Origin: the human T2T-CHM13v2.0 reference genome, Homo sapiens
Assembly: GCA_009914755.4 (NCBI GenBank)
Contig: CP068257.2
Location: 24,000,001-24,064,000, forward strand
Direction of reading: 5' to 3'
DNA length: 64,000 nt
The translations under genes and the position numbers were made by a program. The notes under the pieces were generated by a model, which was not told where the DNA came from, searched no databases, and saw only the letters and a program-made list of their open reading frames with translations. How positions within the stretch are numbered: the stretch's first letter is position 1; every line of letters starts with the position of its first letter. This document shows, piece by piece, positions 29,788 to 43,087 of the stretch.

Positions 29788-31328
29788 GGTTTAGTAAGTA
29801 ACAAATACCTGTGGAATAATTATTTCTCTATCCCTGACCCAAACAGCCCCTGAGAAATCTGGGTGTGTATCAGCTGTTAGGGTGTTTTGTGCAGAGATGC
29901 ACAGATTCTCACAGAATTTCAGAACCAGAGTTCAAATCCAGGTTCAGAGACTCAGTTTTAACCACTTGCCCAGAGCTGATCAAACTCTGGAGAAATGATT
30001 TACAATACCTAATCTTAAAAATGATTTATTTGACAAGTAAATGAGTAAGTATATTTCTAGTGAGAAATAGAACTGCCAAATGCTGGCAGTGGTTCTGTAC
30101 TTTTAATCTTTAAAAGCTGTATCTAGGTCTAGGAGTTAGGTAACTACAATTTCAGATTAAAGAGCAATGAATAATCCTAATTTATATAGCTCTCAAAGTC
30201 TGATGCACCATCTCTGCTGTAGAGGTGCGCCTATACACAACGCAGACCATGTCTCATTAGTAAGGAGGGCACCCAGGCTTGTTGTTCTTTCTCTCTTTGC
30301 CATTACGCCAAGTGTCTGTTTTGATGTCTGACATCTTTCATATTCTTCTACTATCCACTAATGAAGTGTTAGGGCCATCGTTTTGTTTTCTGGTAACTTA
30401 CTCTTAAGGAGAAGCAATTAGAACACAGAATGGCCAATAACCATGGCTTCCACTGAGTATGTGGCTCTTATTAGCATCCATTTTGGAAGGGGTATTTCCT
30501 TATTTTGTCTTGATAGTCTACTAGATTTGAATTGACTGTTGCCGTCTATCTAAAATCTATAGTTAATGTCACAGGTAAATGAATTGTGTTTGGCTGAGAT
30601 TGTCACTTGGGGAAAATCAAAGACTACAGAATCCTAAAATGGCTTCTTCATGTCTGATGAGGAGTGCCTGGTGAGACATTCAGCCACTGATGGTTTTCCT
30701 GTACCACTGGCTACCATTACACAATTGAACATGTGCAGGACAATTTTTTTTGAAATTTTTGGGAATTTATTTTACTTCGAGAAGTTAATTTAATTACTTC
30801 ATCTCTTTCTAATATCACTGAAAAATTTTAATCTAGTTGTTTGTGCAATGGAATGCCCTGGAAGTTTTCCTGAACTTAGTAATGCATGTAACTTATATGA
30901 AAATAACTTTATCCTCAATTCTGAATCATCAGTAGTCCCTCTTATACTTAAGTTGTCGAAGAACCAGAAAAGGGAGAGGGCATAAAACTTTTGTGCATAA
31001 ATATACACGGTTTATTCAAATTAGTTCATTCACCATAAACGTTTACTCATTAACACTGTCTCTGTTAAGATGGAAATTTGTAGTATACTCTCTGAATAAT
31101 ATCTTTACAACCCTAAAGGTTGAAAATGGCTATGAAGCCATTACAGTGTGTCTGGCGGTCTTATGTCTGGAGCTACTTTCTCATAATGCCTTGTACTGAT
31201 TTGAGGGCAGGGAGAGAGGAAAGGGGACTGTGGAGCAGACTAAGCAGATGGACATCTTGGCTTCCCTGCTTTCTAAAACACTGTGACCTCCAGCAACTTA
31301 TTTAACTACTCTCAATTGTCATATCTCT

Positions 31329-32007
31329 TGATATGGTTTGGCTGTGTCCCCACCCAAATCTCATCTTGAATTGTAGCTCCTGTAATTCCCACATGCTGTG
31401 GGAGGGACCTGGTGGGAGATAAGTGAATCATGAGGGCAGTTTCCCCCATACTGTTTTCATTGTAGTGAATAAGTCTCACGCGATCTGATGGTTTTATAAG
31501 GGGTTTCCCCTTTTGCTTGGCTCTCATTCTCTCTTGACTGCCGCCATGTAAGATGTGCCTTTTGCCTTCCACCATAATTGTGAGGCCTCCCCAGCCACAT
31601 GGAACTGTGAGTCCATTAAACCTCTTTCCTTTATAAGTTACGCAGTCTTGGCCAGGTGCAGTGGCTCACGCCTATAATCCAAGCACTTTGGGAGGCCTAG
31701 GTAGGTGGATCACCTGAAGTCAGGAGTTCGAGACCAGCCTGGCCAACATCATGAAACCCCATCTCTACTAAAAAATACAAACATTAGCCAGGTGTGGTGG
31801 CACGTGCCTGTGATCCCAGCTACTCAGGAGGCTGGGGCATGAGAATCACTTGAACCTGGGAGGTGGAGGTTGCAGTGAGCTGAGATCGTGCTACTACACT
31901 CTACCCTCGGTGACAGAGCGAGACTCTGCCTCAAAAAATAAAATAAAATAAAAAATAAAAAATAAATAAATTGCCCAGTCTCAGCAGTGTGAGAACAGAC
32001 TAATATA
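31329..32007 (+). mobile_element. THE1-type MaLR solo LTR (sense) carrying a nested Alu
   Basis: tgatatggtttggctgtgtccccacccaaatctcatcttgaattgtagctcc...gaataagtctcacgcgatctgatggttttataaggggtttcccc...tgtgaggcctccccagccacatggaactgtgagtccattaaacctctttcctttataagttacgcagtctt [Alu] ttgcccagtctcagcagtgtgagaacagactaatata is a near-canonical THE1 consensus. Confidence 0.9.
31650..31970 (+). mobile_element. Alu SINE (sense) nested inside the THE1 LTR, with (AAAAT)n-type tail
   Basis: ggccaggtgcagtggctcacgcctataatccaagcactttgggaggcctaggtagg...gactctgcctcaaaaaataaaataaaataaaaaataaaaaataaataaa. Imperfect TSD ttacgcagtctt / ttgcccagtctc. Track ORF 31824-32015 lies inside it. Confidence 0.9.
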
Positions 32008-32751
32008 TCTGTCAAATGAGGATTTTAGTGCAGTGGAGTCATTTCTTACTTAGAAGTTAGGTTCTTAAGGGGAGAATTTATTCATAGTGAAAATTATCCT
32101 TAAATTCCTAAGATGATCATAAACTGACCAGGACATCAGCCACCAGTAACTCTAAAGTCAAGTGTGTCTTTTCTTTCTCCTTGCATTTTGGTGTGGCTTC
32201 CCTTTCTCTGAAAATAGGATACCAATGTCTCATTAAGAGGAAGGGCCAGATTGTCTAGTTCGAGAGACTGTAAAGACATGTGTCTGCCTCTTTTTCTTTC
32301 TCCCCTACTCTCTAAATCTAGTATGGTTAGACGATAATGAGATAGATGACCATAATATCTAGCTCCAAATTAGTTCCTACCTCATTGGGTTACTTTCTAT
32401 TAATATACATATTTATCCATAATAAATACTGGGTGGCATTATTTTATTTGTCAATGCCAACCCTGTGCAACTTTTTATATTTGTTAGTATATGTGCTAAT
32501 CTGTTCTCCCACTGCTATAAATAAATAAATACCTGAAACTGTGTAATTTATAAAGACAAGAGGTTGAACTGGCTCACGGTTCTGCAGGCTGTACAGGAAG
32601 CATAGTGGCTTCTGCTTCTGGGGAGGCCTCAGGAAGCTTCCAATCATGGAGGAAGGCGAAGGGGGCACAGGCGTCTCACATGGTGTGACAGGCATCTCAC
32701 ATGGTGTGAGCTAGAGCAAGAGAGAAAGTGGGGAGGTGCTACACACTTTTT

Positions 32752-33332
<581 letters not shown>

Positions 33333-33524
33333 TTAGGAATTACAACTGAACATGAGATTTGGGTGGGACACAGATCTAAACCATATCAGTATAATAATTG
33401 TCTTTCAGTAACTATCAAAACCACATGGCCATAAATTTTTATTTTTATGAAACTTATGATATAACTGATATCCATACTTTTTATAATTTGCTTTTATACA
33501 TGATAATGTGATACTATACATTTA

Positions 33525-33893
<369 letters not shown>

Positions 33894-35508
33894 TCATGTT
33901 TTCAATTAAAAGTGTTAATTTAAATAACACCTTTATAGTAATTTTAAAATTGTCATAATATAAAGTATATATTCTTAGTCAAACCAGACTATCTTAGATG
34001 AGTAATAGAGAATACAAAAACTTTTGTTTTTAAAGTTGGGAGGAAAAGAAACACAAAAGGTTTCATTTGACTGGGAATTATTTGACTTGGAGTTGTTAGC
34101 AGTTATGAAAATAATCATCTCTTCACCTTATTTTATGAACTTCTGCCAGTGCTTTTGGAACATGTTCATAACTGTTAAAGATGTTCTGAGGCTAACTTTA
34201 AGACAATTGTTGACCTCAACCAGCAGGCCTACATGACCATTTTCTTTTGTTTATTTTCCTATTTAATTTGTTCTGGAAAAGTGAAGAAAAAATAAAAATC
34301 ACTTCAAGAATGCAGCCAACAGGGGCTATACCTAACATCTGCTAGTGATATGCTGATATAAAATCCAACATTTTGTTTTTATAAAAAGAGTTATTAGGTA
34401 CAAGTTTTGTAAAAAGGAACTCTAAGACTAGAAAGGCTAAAACAAGGTAGAAATCTTATAAATTTTTTTAATTTAAAGATTCAGAGCTTTCTGTTCAAAT
34501 AAGTTCCACATAAGTGACCATACATTTTAAATATTTTTACTTAATTTGTTGGTAAACCCTGAAGTAAATAGAATTAGAGGAAGAAAGGTAGCTAGAAGGA
34601 GAAGATACTTAAAATCACAAAAATAGGTACAATGTATGTTTGGATGACGGCTACACTAAAAGCCCAGACTTCACCACTACACAATATACCCATGTAACAA
34701 AATTGCACTTGTGCCCCTTAAATTTATACACACAAAAAGAAAAAAAAAAGGAAATAAATATTCAGCTACTAAGAAATACTACCGATAATTAATTTATTAA
34801 AGCTAATTCCCTTTATAATTTTTTGCCTACATAATTTTGCCAATTCAACTAATCCTCTTTTTTAACATCTGTGATACATCGTTTTTCTGTTCAAATATTA
34901 ATATACACATAAAAAATGTACAAGGGAATTAACAAAATTCCTGAAGCTAACAGCTGTTATTTTTCACAGAAATTTTATAGTAATTTTTGACAATTTAAGA
35001 AATGTTTCTTAAAGGAAATTTTAACAAGTAGAAAACTGTAATTGAGAAAGAGAAAATGATTTTCTTTCTCAATGATTCCTGAAACCCAGTTCCTAAATCT
35101 TATAATCTCAGAGTGTACTAAAGTTTGCCTGAAATGAAGGAAGGCCAGAACCTACTGAAGAAAATAAACATTCTCAGTAGGCAGTGTGATGTTTGAAAAG
35201 TTCAAAGGTATGATGATACAGAGGGAACAAAGATTATCTTTCCCTATTTTGCCCCGAGGTTTTCCTCGACTGGTTTTCAGGGAATTTGAGTCTTCATTGT
35301 TTTCTCTAAAAAGTGTAATAAAATATTTCAGAAATCACAAGAATTGTCAGTCATAAGTAGAGTTTCTCCGAGGGCATTAATTCACACAGTGTTAAAGGAG
35401 ACAAACAGACTTTTTCAAAGTATACTTTGAAAGTTTCACAGAACAATGGTTTGGCATTGGAATCACTGGCAAAAATGTTCAGAGATTTTGTCATCAAAAA
35501 TAGGAGTA

Positions 35509-35794
35509 GGCCAGGCGCGGTGGCACTTTGGCAGGCCGAGGCAGGTGGATCACTTGAGGTCAGGAGTTTGAGAACAGCCATGGTGAAACCCTGTCTCTAC
35601 TAAAAATACAAAAATTAGCCGGGTGTGGTGACGCATGCCTGTAATCCCAGCTACTCAGGAGGCTGAGGCATGAGAATCATTTGAACTCAGGAGGTGGAGG
35701 TTGCAGTGAGCCGAGATTGCACCATTGCACTCCAGCCTGGGCAATAGAGCGAGACTCAGTCTCAAAAATTTAAAAAATAAAAAATAAATAAAAG
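35509..35794 (+). mobile_element. Alu SINE (sense) with a small 5' internal deletion
   Basis: ggccaggcgcggtggcactttggcaggccgaggcaggtggatcacttgaggtcaggagtttgagaacagcc...gagactcagtctcaaaaatttaaaaaataaaaaataaataaaag, with flanking repeat taggagta. Confidence 0.88.
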
Positions 35795-36357
35795 TAGGAG
35801 TAAAGCAACAAGGTAGGTCCCGTCTTCCCTACCTCACTGAAGAGGATTCTGGCTTGGTCTCCTGTCTCATTCCTTCCTCTGCTCTCTGAAGATTCAGACT
35901 CTATCTTTGGAGTCTATAACATGTGGGAAGCAGAAGAGAAGCTAGGAAATAAAGGAATGCAGGAGAAGAAAGGGATATGGGGGAAGAGAAAAGAAAGAAC
36001 AGCTGCTATGTGATCAAAGTGTGTGGAAAAGGATATTTAAAAAGATTGCATGGACCCCTTTCATGGTTCTTGAAATATACAAGCAAAAGAGTTCTTTTGA
36101 AATGACTCCCTGGTGGACTTGACACCTCTCTAAGATTGAGCCACATGGGTCACTGCTTTCTACAGACATATTTACAGCTGTCAATAGAAAGGATCAGTTC
36201 AGTCCTGTACTCTTCACATAGACACCACGTTTGCCAGTTTCCCTATTGAATATGTTTGCCATTTAGAGCTATTGAACCTGCATATCACTGGTTTTCCTGT
36301 TATACTAGAAATCTAGTAATTTGTGTCCCACAGACTTTTGCAAATTAAAAAAATATA

Positions 36358-36608
<251 letters not shown>

Positions 36609-37489
36609 TTCTGCAAATTTTAACTTCACAATTAGATTTGCTGTCCAGGCTTTTAAGGGAAAAAAGAAATTCTCCAGAATAGCGTGTGCTCCTTAAGAGT
36701 GATAAAATCTAGCACAATGGAAGACTAATTTACATGTTGATATATAGAGATGAATAAATCAAAGAAGAGTTGTCATGTCATATGAAAGATTTCTCTCTCC
36801 TTTCCAGGAGTATAATCAATTCTCTTTCATAGTTACACAATTCTGATTTTATACAAACTTTTCAAAATCCTAGAATTCATGGTTCTTTGCCATTCTTTAT
36901 AGTCTATTGGTTTATTCCTGTTCCTGGTTGTTCAAACTGGTCTAAGTCTAGAGCAATGGTTCTCAACCAGGAGTGATTTCTTTACACCCATCTCTCAGGG
37001 GACATTTACTATTTAGGGACATTTTTAGTTGTCATCACTTGGGGGCATGGTGATACCGGCATCTAGTGGGTAGAAGCCAGGGATACTGCAAAACATCCTA
37101 CAGTGCACAGGACAGCCCCCTACAACAAAGAATGATTGAGTGCCAGATATCACTAGTGTCAAGATGAAGAAACCCTCACCTAGACCTCCCCTCTGGGGTT
37201 ACGTTGGTGTCCTACTTTCCTAGATCAGCCTCTTAGCTTCCACCTTCCTTTTGTGCTTCAGAGCCAGTCTTTTGCCTTCATTCTAACCACCAATTTCTCA
37301 AACTCTCCTGTCTTCATTAGACCAATGAAACTTTCCACCTGGAATCTTTGTTAATCTGCAATCCTTGCTAGTGTTCAGCTTGCGGGGATCACGGTGTGGG
37401 CCTAGTATAGCACAGTAATTAACTATGTGGGCTTCAGGTACTGACTGAGTCCAAAGCCAAATGCCACCGCTTACTTCTTCTATGATCAT

Positions 37490-37650
37490 GGCCATGTTTC
37501 TTACTCTCTTTGTGCCTCAGTTTTCCCACCCTCAAAAATGTGAGTACAAATGGTACCCTGCCACAGAGAATTGTAAGAGTCAAATGAGTTAATACTTGTA
37601 AAGCGCCAAGTGCTTAATAAATGTTAGCTATTATTATCCTTTCTCAAGGG
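37490..37650 (+). repeat. MIR SINE fragment
   Basis: ctcagttttcccaccctcaaaaatgtgagtacaaatggtaccctgccacagagaattgtaagagtcaaatgagttaatacttgtaaagcgccaagtgcttaataaatgttagctattattat matches the MIR 3' region cctcagtttcctcatctgtaaaatgggg...acctcatagggttgttgtgaggattaaatgagttaatacatgtaaagcgcttagaacagtgcctggcacatagtaagcgctcaataaatgttgg. Confidence 0.55.
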
Positions 37651-38308
37651 TCCATCAAGGTCCTTGTCCTCTAAGTTACTTCCTTCTCTGTACTCTAAGT
37701 CTGGAAAGCAGGTGTAATTTACTCATGATGGTTTCTCTTAAATGTTTGCCTAAATTGTGAATGTTTTCCATTAATCTAATGGCTAGGACTTTTGATGTGG
37801 AAAGGCAGAACATACCCTATTTTTCTCTCTCAGGTTTGGCTGTCCATATCTCTTCCCTGAGCACTTTGTGGCATAAAGGTGAGAGATGGGAAAGAGATGG
37901 AAGGAAAAATACTTCAGAACATTTTCATGGATGACTCACAATTCTTAGTCTGCAGATGGAAGCTGATGAATGAAGGGATGAGAGGATGGGTGCATCATGG
38001 GCAGCACCTAAGTTTCTGGTGTGAGTGGCCACATGGAATGTGATGCTTTACATAGAGATGGGATTTGTAAAAATAAGACAAAGTTTGGGGGCAAGCTGAT
38101 CAGTTTTGCCTATGAGTTTGTGGTAATTGTGGGAAATGGAAATACAGATGTCCAGCAGAAAGCTGGGCTTACAAATTTAATTTCAAGAGACAGATTGGAG
38201 CTGGAGATGTGGAGTTATGACTTTTTAGCAAATAAATGCTAGTTGGGTCAATGAGAGTACAAAATACTCCATAAAAAGGAGGTAGTTTAGTCAGAAAAGC
38301 AGTTTCTG

Positions 38309-38360
38309 GATGGATGGATGGATGGATGGATGACGATCGATGGATGGATGGATGGATGGG
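38309..38360. repeat. (GGAT)n microsatellite (~12 units with one interruption)
   Basis: ggatggatggatggatggatggatgacgatcgatggatggatggatggatgg. Confidence 0.95.
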
Positions 38361-38788
38361 CAGAACAAGGAGGAGGAAGAAGAACTCACAAAGCAGACAG
38401 AATGAAGCACCAGGATCAGAACAGAAGGATGAAGACTAGGAGAGAATCAAGTTACAGAATACAAGGGAGTCAACAGAGTCACATGTCATAGAGAGGTCAG
38501 GTAAGATACAGACTGAAAAGTGTCCGTTAGATATGCCAACAGATAGGTCATTTTCGTCTTGGTGAAAACAGGGTCAGTAGACCACAGGAAGACAGAGAAC
38601 AGATGGTAGCATGAGTGGAGAAATAGCATTTCAAGTAAACTATAGAAATATATAGTCGAGAAATAACCTTCTTTAGATTTTCATGATAGGCTTAATTCAT
38701 TCTTACATCATGTATAATTTTTTGGGTGAATAACGAAGGACAGCAGTTGGATTGTTTTGCCTAAATTGTCTACTTGAGATGACCAATG

Positions 38789-39140
38789 TATTTGTTCTCA
38801 CTCTGCTAATAAAGACATACCCGAGACTGGGTACTTCATAAAGGAAAGAGGTTTAATTGACTCACAGTTCAGCATGGCTGGGGAGGCCTCAGGAAACTTA
38901 CAATCGTGGCAGAAGGGGAAGCAAATACATCCTTTTTCACATGGCAGCAGCAAGGAGAAGTGCAGAGTGAAGGTGGGGAAAAGCCCCTTATAAAACCATC
39001 AGATCTCGTGAGAACTCACTCACTGTCACGAGAACAGCATGGTTCAATTACCTCCCACCAGGTTCCTCCCACAACACATGGGGATTATGGAAACTACAGT
39101 TCAAGATGAGATTTGAGTGGGGACACAGCCAAACCATATC
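38789..39140 (-). mobile_element. THE1-type MaLR solo LTR (antisense)
   Basis: tgtatttgttctcactctgctaataaagacatacccgagactgggtacttcataaaggaaagaggtttaattgactcacagttcagcatggctggggaggcctcaggaaacttacaatcgtggcagaagg...ggggattatggaaactacagttcaagatgagatttgagtggggacacagccaaaccatatca. Track ORF 38906-39109 lies inside it. Confidence 0.85.
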
Positions 39141-39238
39141 AACCAACAATAATGCTTTGCATTATTCTGAGTTTGAAACAATTAATACCAATCCAATATT
39201 GTATACTTACAATACTTTCCCCAAAGAATTGCTTGCCT

Positions 39239-39588
<350 letters not shown>

Positions 39589-39949
39589 TTACTGGACTTT
39601 TCTCATTAGTATACAATAAGGAATGGGCTCATTTATTCAACAAACATTTATTGTGTCTTGCTTTATGCCAGGCACTGTTCTGAGTGTTTGCGTTAATTTC
39701 AGAGACTATAACAGGCGACAGACTTGCACTTGTAGCATTTATATTTTAGATATGTATACTTATAGGAAAGTATTTAAATTATTTTTAAACGTGGTCATTA
39801 CACTGGAGTATAGAATGACATCCATAAAGAAAGTGATGTAGATCAAAGACGGAATTAGAAAGTTATATTGATACTTTCTGATACTTTCTTCTTTAGTACT
39901 AATAATGCCTACCACACCAGGTTATTTTGAATATTGAATTTTACAGCAT

Positions 39950-40830
39950 AAAAGCAAGTATGTGAAGGTGAAATGGGAGAGTTCCCTGATCCCCCTCGCA
40001 GGACGTGCGACAGGGGTGTGGCTCACCTGTTCTGTAGCCACCGCTGCTTGAATCCCTGAGGGGAGGGGTAGCATGCAGACAGACAGCTGCAGGAGCCCAT
40101 GTGGGTGTGTGTTACAATGTGCCCTTTTAGCCTTGCCATCCACAGATGGCCTGAGTGTTAACCAGCTAAACGGACCCTCTGCCTTTTCGCATGGGCCGAG
40201 GGCCAGTGTGACAGCTTTCTGTATCCTGAGCTCTTGCCCAGCATCCCAGAAAAATCGGGTCACACACGGGGTTGAAGGATGAATGCAGGGTTTTATTGAG
40301 TGGTGGAGGTAGCTTTCAGCAGGATGGATGGGGAGCTGGAAGAAGGGATGGAGTGGGAAGATGGTCTTTTCCTGGAGTTTGGCCATCCAGAGGCCGAATA
40401 CTTCTCTGACCACCCCCAGTCGAACTCCTCTCGGTGTTCAGACGTCTCTCCTCATCTATCTTTCTTTGCCCTGTTGTTCCGCCATTTGTCTGCTTGTCTC
40501 CTCATCTCCTCGCCTGCTCATCTGCTTCTAGAACCTGGGATTTGGGGTTTATATAGGTACAGGACAGGGGCATGGTGGGACAAAAGGCAACTTTTGGGGC
40601 ATGAAAACAGGAATGCCTGTCCCCTTTGAGGGTCACGGGTCTCCAGGCCTGAGGGTGGGGCCTTTGCCAGGGAACTGCCTTCTTCTACCCAGTACTTCCC
40701 TGTCTCCTATCTGTATCAAAGGTGCCTTTTTAAATGAAAATTTCTGTGTTAGTTTAAGGGAGTGATAATAAGCAACAGCAGCGTCATGTAACTATTAGAT
40801 CACAGTAGTGGTAGCCACCACAGTCAGTTA
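39950..40830. other. Unclassified non-Alu block, richer in GC than its surroundings; possibly a solo ERV LTR or other old repeat, 0.6-1.4 kb upstream of JAM2 exon 2
   Basis: It has no Alu, L1 or MaLR hallmarks and few CpG dinucleotides (not a CpG island). It contains a TATA-like element gggtttatataggtacagg (~40540) and possible tg...ca termini (tgtgaaggtg... ...cacagtagtggtagccaccaca). It hosts the only sizeable non-Alu track ORFs (39922-40413 minus, 163 aa; 40300-40629 plus, 109 aa), both of low complexity. Confidence 0.25.
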
Positions 40831-41421
40831 CTTCAGTCTATAGACCGGCTCTCAAAAATCATTGAAATGTTTTGGGGAAAAAAATAAAGATGTTCTGCTT
40901 GAATTTTTCATCATAATTTCATATACAGCTTATATACATTTATTATATATATATACAAATTTCATCAAAAGTATGTAAAATGACTCATTTCTATATGACA
41001 TGGGTATTGTCAAGGATAAATTCATAAAGCTATTTATACTTTTAAATAAGCCTAAAGAGAATTAGCTTTTATTTGTGGGGCAATACCGTGTGACACTAGA
41101 TTGCATATTAAGCTGAATTAAGGATGTAAGTTATTTTTCAATGATCGGGCTGGCAGGAGTGTGTTGTCTGGGGTGGGGTCCAAATAGATGCATGGATTCT
41201 ACTTTGGAAAATGCTTAAAGGCCAAAGCTACAATCTAGAAAATAAACATGTATAGTTTCATTTGCTTTTTCCTATTTTGATCCTTTAAAACTATGTGTTA
41301 TGAATTGGGTAAACTTGTCACCAAACTTTAGGACAGTTTTCTTGACTATTGCATCCCATTCAGACATTTGAAAATGAACTTTTGTATAATTTTAATTATC
41401 CTATCTGTTTTAATCTTTCAG

Positions 41422-41487
41422 ATCATAAGGCCTATGGGTTTTCTGCCCCAAAAGACCAACAAGTAGTCACAGCAGTAGAGTACCAAG
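41422..41487 (+). CDS. JAM2: JAM2 coding exon 2 (66 nt; phase 2 start, ends 1 nt into next codon), encodes (Y)HKAYGFSAPKDQQVVTAVEYQ
   Basis: Acceptor ...ttttaatctttcAG|atcataagg and donor caag|GTacag. The translation matches the N-terminal mature region of JAM-B. Reading frame is continuous with exon 3. Confidence 0.9.
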
Positions 41488-42121
41488 GTACAGTATCTTA
41501 CTGATTTTCACAGGCTGTATTGTTTAAATAACTCACGAGAGTGACTCGTGTGATGTTATTTTCTATTTGTTGGGATTCTCTGCCTTACCTTCTACTAATT
41601 CCTCTGCCTGAAATGCTGCTTCATGCTGACTCCACCTCAAGAACATTTACTCCACCTCCTCAGTGGAAATTTTCGATATTCAATAAAAGACCGGATGTGC
41701 AAAGAAGGTCTCCTATAACTTAAATTATCTGCACAAAGCAAATCTAATTTGTGAAACTGGGAGATGGAGAGCTTGGAAAGTTTCTAGCCAGCTAGATATG
41801 ATACATAGAAATGAACACTTCAAACTCCACTCTGTGTATTTAAGGTGATGTTAATATAGCTTACTTTGGGGTACCATGTTCTTATCTATTTTAGCTTCTT
41901 AAAAATGTTTATAAGGAGGAGTTAATTTAAGAGCATAAAGTTTCTGTTTTGCAAGATAAAATAGTTCTGGAGATTGTTATATGCACAACAATATACTTAA
42001 TACTACTGAACTATACAGTTAAAAATGGTCAAGATGGTGAATTTTACGTTTATTTTGCCACAGTTAAAAAATTGTCAAAAGAAACTAGTAACCTATATAT
42101 GGGCTTTTTAATAAGCTTTCA

Positions 42122-42435
42122 TTGTTGTTGTTGTTGTTTTGTTTTGCTTTATTTTGTTTGAGATAGGATCTCCATCTGTCACCCACACTGGAGTGCAGTG
42201 TGGCATGATCTCGGCTCACCGCAACCTCTACCTCCGGGGTCAAGTGATCCTCCCACCTCAGCCACCCAAGATTACAGGCACAGGCCACCATGTCTGGCTA
42301 ATTTTTTGTATTTTTTTGTAGAAACAGGGTTTCACCACATTGCCCAAGCTGGTCTTGTACTCCTGGGCTCAAGCAGTCTGCCCACCTTGGCCTCCCAAAC
42401 TGCTGGGATTACAAGCATGAACAACCACACCTGCC
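42122..42435 (-). mobile_element. Alu SINE (antisense) with a (GTT)n-modified tail, ~630 nt downstream of exon 2
   Basis: (gtt)n tail, then gagataggatctccatctgtcacccacactggagtgcagtgtggcatgatctcggctcaccgcaacc...ctgctgggattacaagcatgaacaaccacacctgcc. Track ORFs 42139-42321 and 42198-42602 overlap it. Confidence 0.9.
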
Positions 42436-42805
42436 CTATAAGTTTATTTCAAATATTGATCACCTACTACTTTTCCAAAGGATCCTTTATCTTTTATACA
42501 ATTAATAATATTGGGCAATCAGAAGAATTACTATTTCTTAAATTTAATACTTGTTTAGGCCAGAGCTTATTAACATTTAAGAAACAGATCCTAAATGTCT
42601 GATCTCTCATCATCAGGTATGTCTTAGGTTCCTGGAGCTGGAGAAAGATAGGTTTGAAGGAAAGAGACAAAGATTGAAGTAAAGGCCTGGAGTGGGGGGA
42701 ATTAAATGAGTTAATATTTACATAGTGCTTTCAATAGTGCCTAACACATAATATGAATTATGTGTGCTTGTTAAGTAAAAATATGCTGTAGTAAGAATCA
42801 GTCCT

Positions 42806-43087
42806 GGCTGGGAGTGGTGGCTCATGCCTGTAATCTCAAACTCCTGAGGCCAGGAGTTTGAGATAAGCCTGGAAAACATGAAGACCCTGTTTCTACAAAA
42901 AAACAAACAAATTAGACAGACATGTGGTGCACACCTGTTGTCCCAGCTACTCAGGAGGCTGAGGCAGGTGGATGGATCACTTGAGTGCAGGAGTTTGAGG
43001 CTGCAGTGAGCCATGACCATGCCAGTGCACTCCAGCCTGGACAACAAAGAGAGAGAATGTCTCAAAAAAAAAAAAAAAAAAAAAAAA
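42806..43087 (+). mobile_element. Alu SINE (sense) with an internal deletion and a ~28-nt poly-A
   Basis: ggctgggagtggtggctcatgcctgtaatctcaaactcctgaggccaggagtttgagataagcc...gagaatgtctcaaaaaaaaaaaaaaaaaaaaaaaaa. It forms an inverted pair with the Alu at 42122-42435. Confidence 0.88.

Noticed and set aside
39922-40413. 163-aa minus-strand ORF (and the overlapping 109-aa and 69-aa plus-strand ORFs) in the GC-richer block upstream of exon 2
   Set aside because: It has Pro/Ser/His/Leu-rich low complexity, no recognisable domain and no splice signals. It is overlapped by ORFs on the other strand, as expected for chance frames in GC-richer LTR-like sequence. Kept only as a possible regulatory or repeat element, not as a gene.
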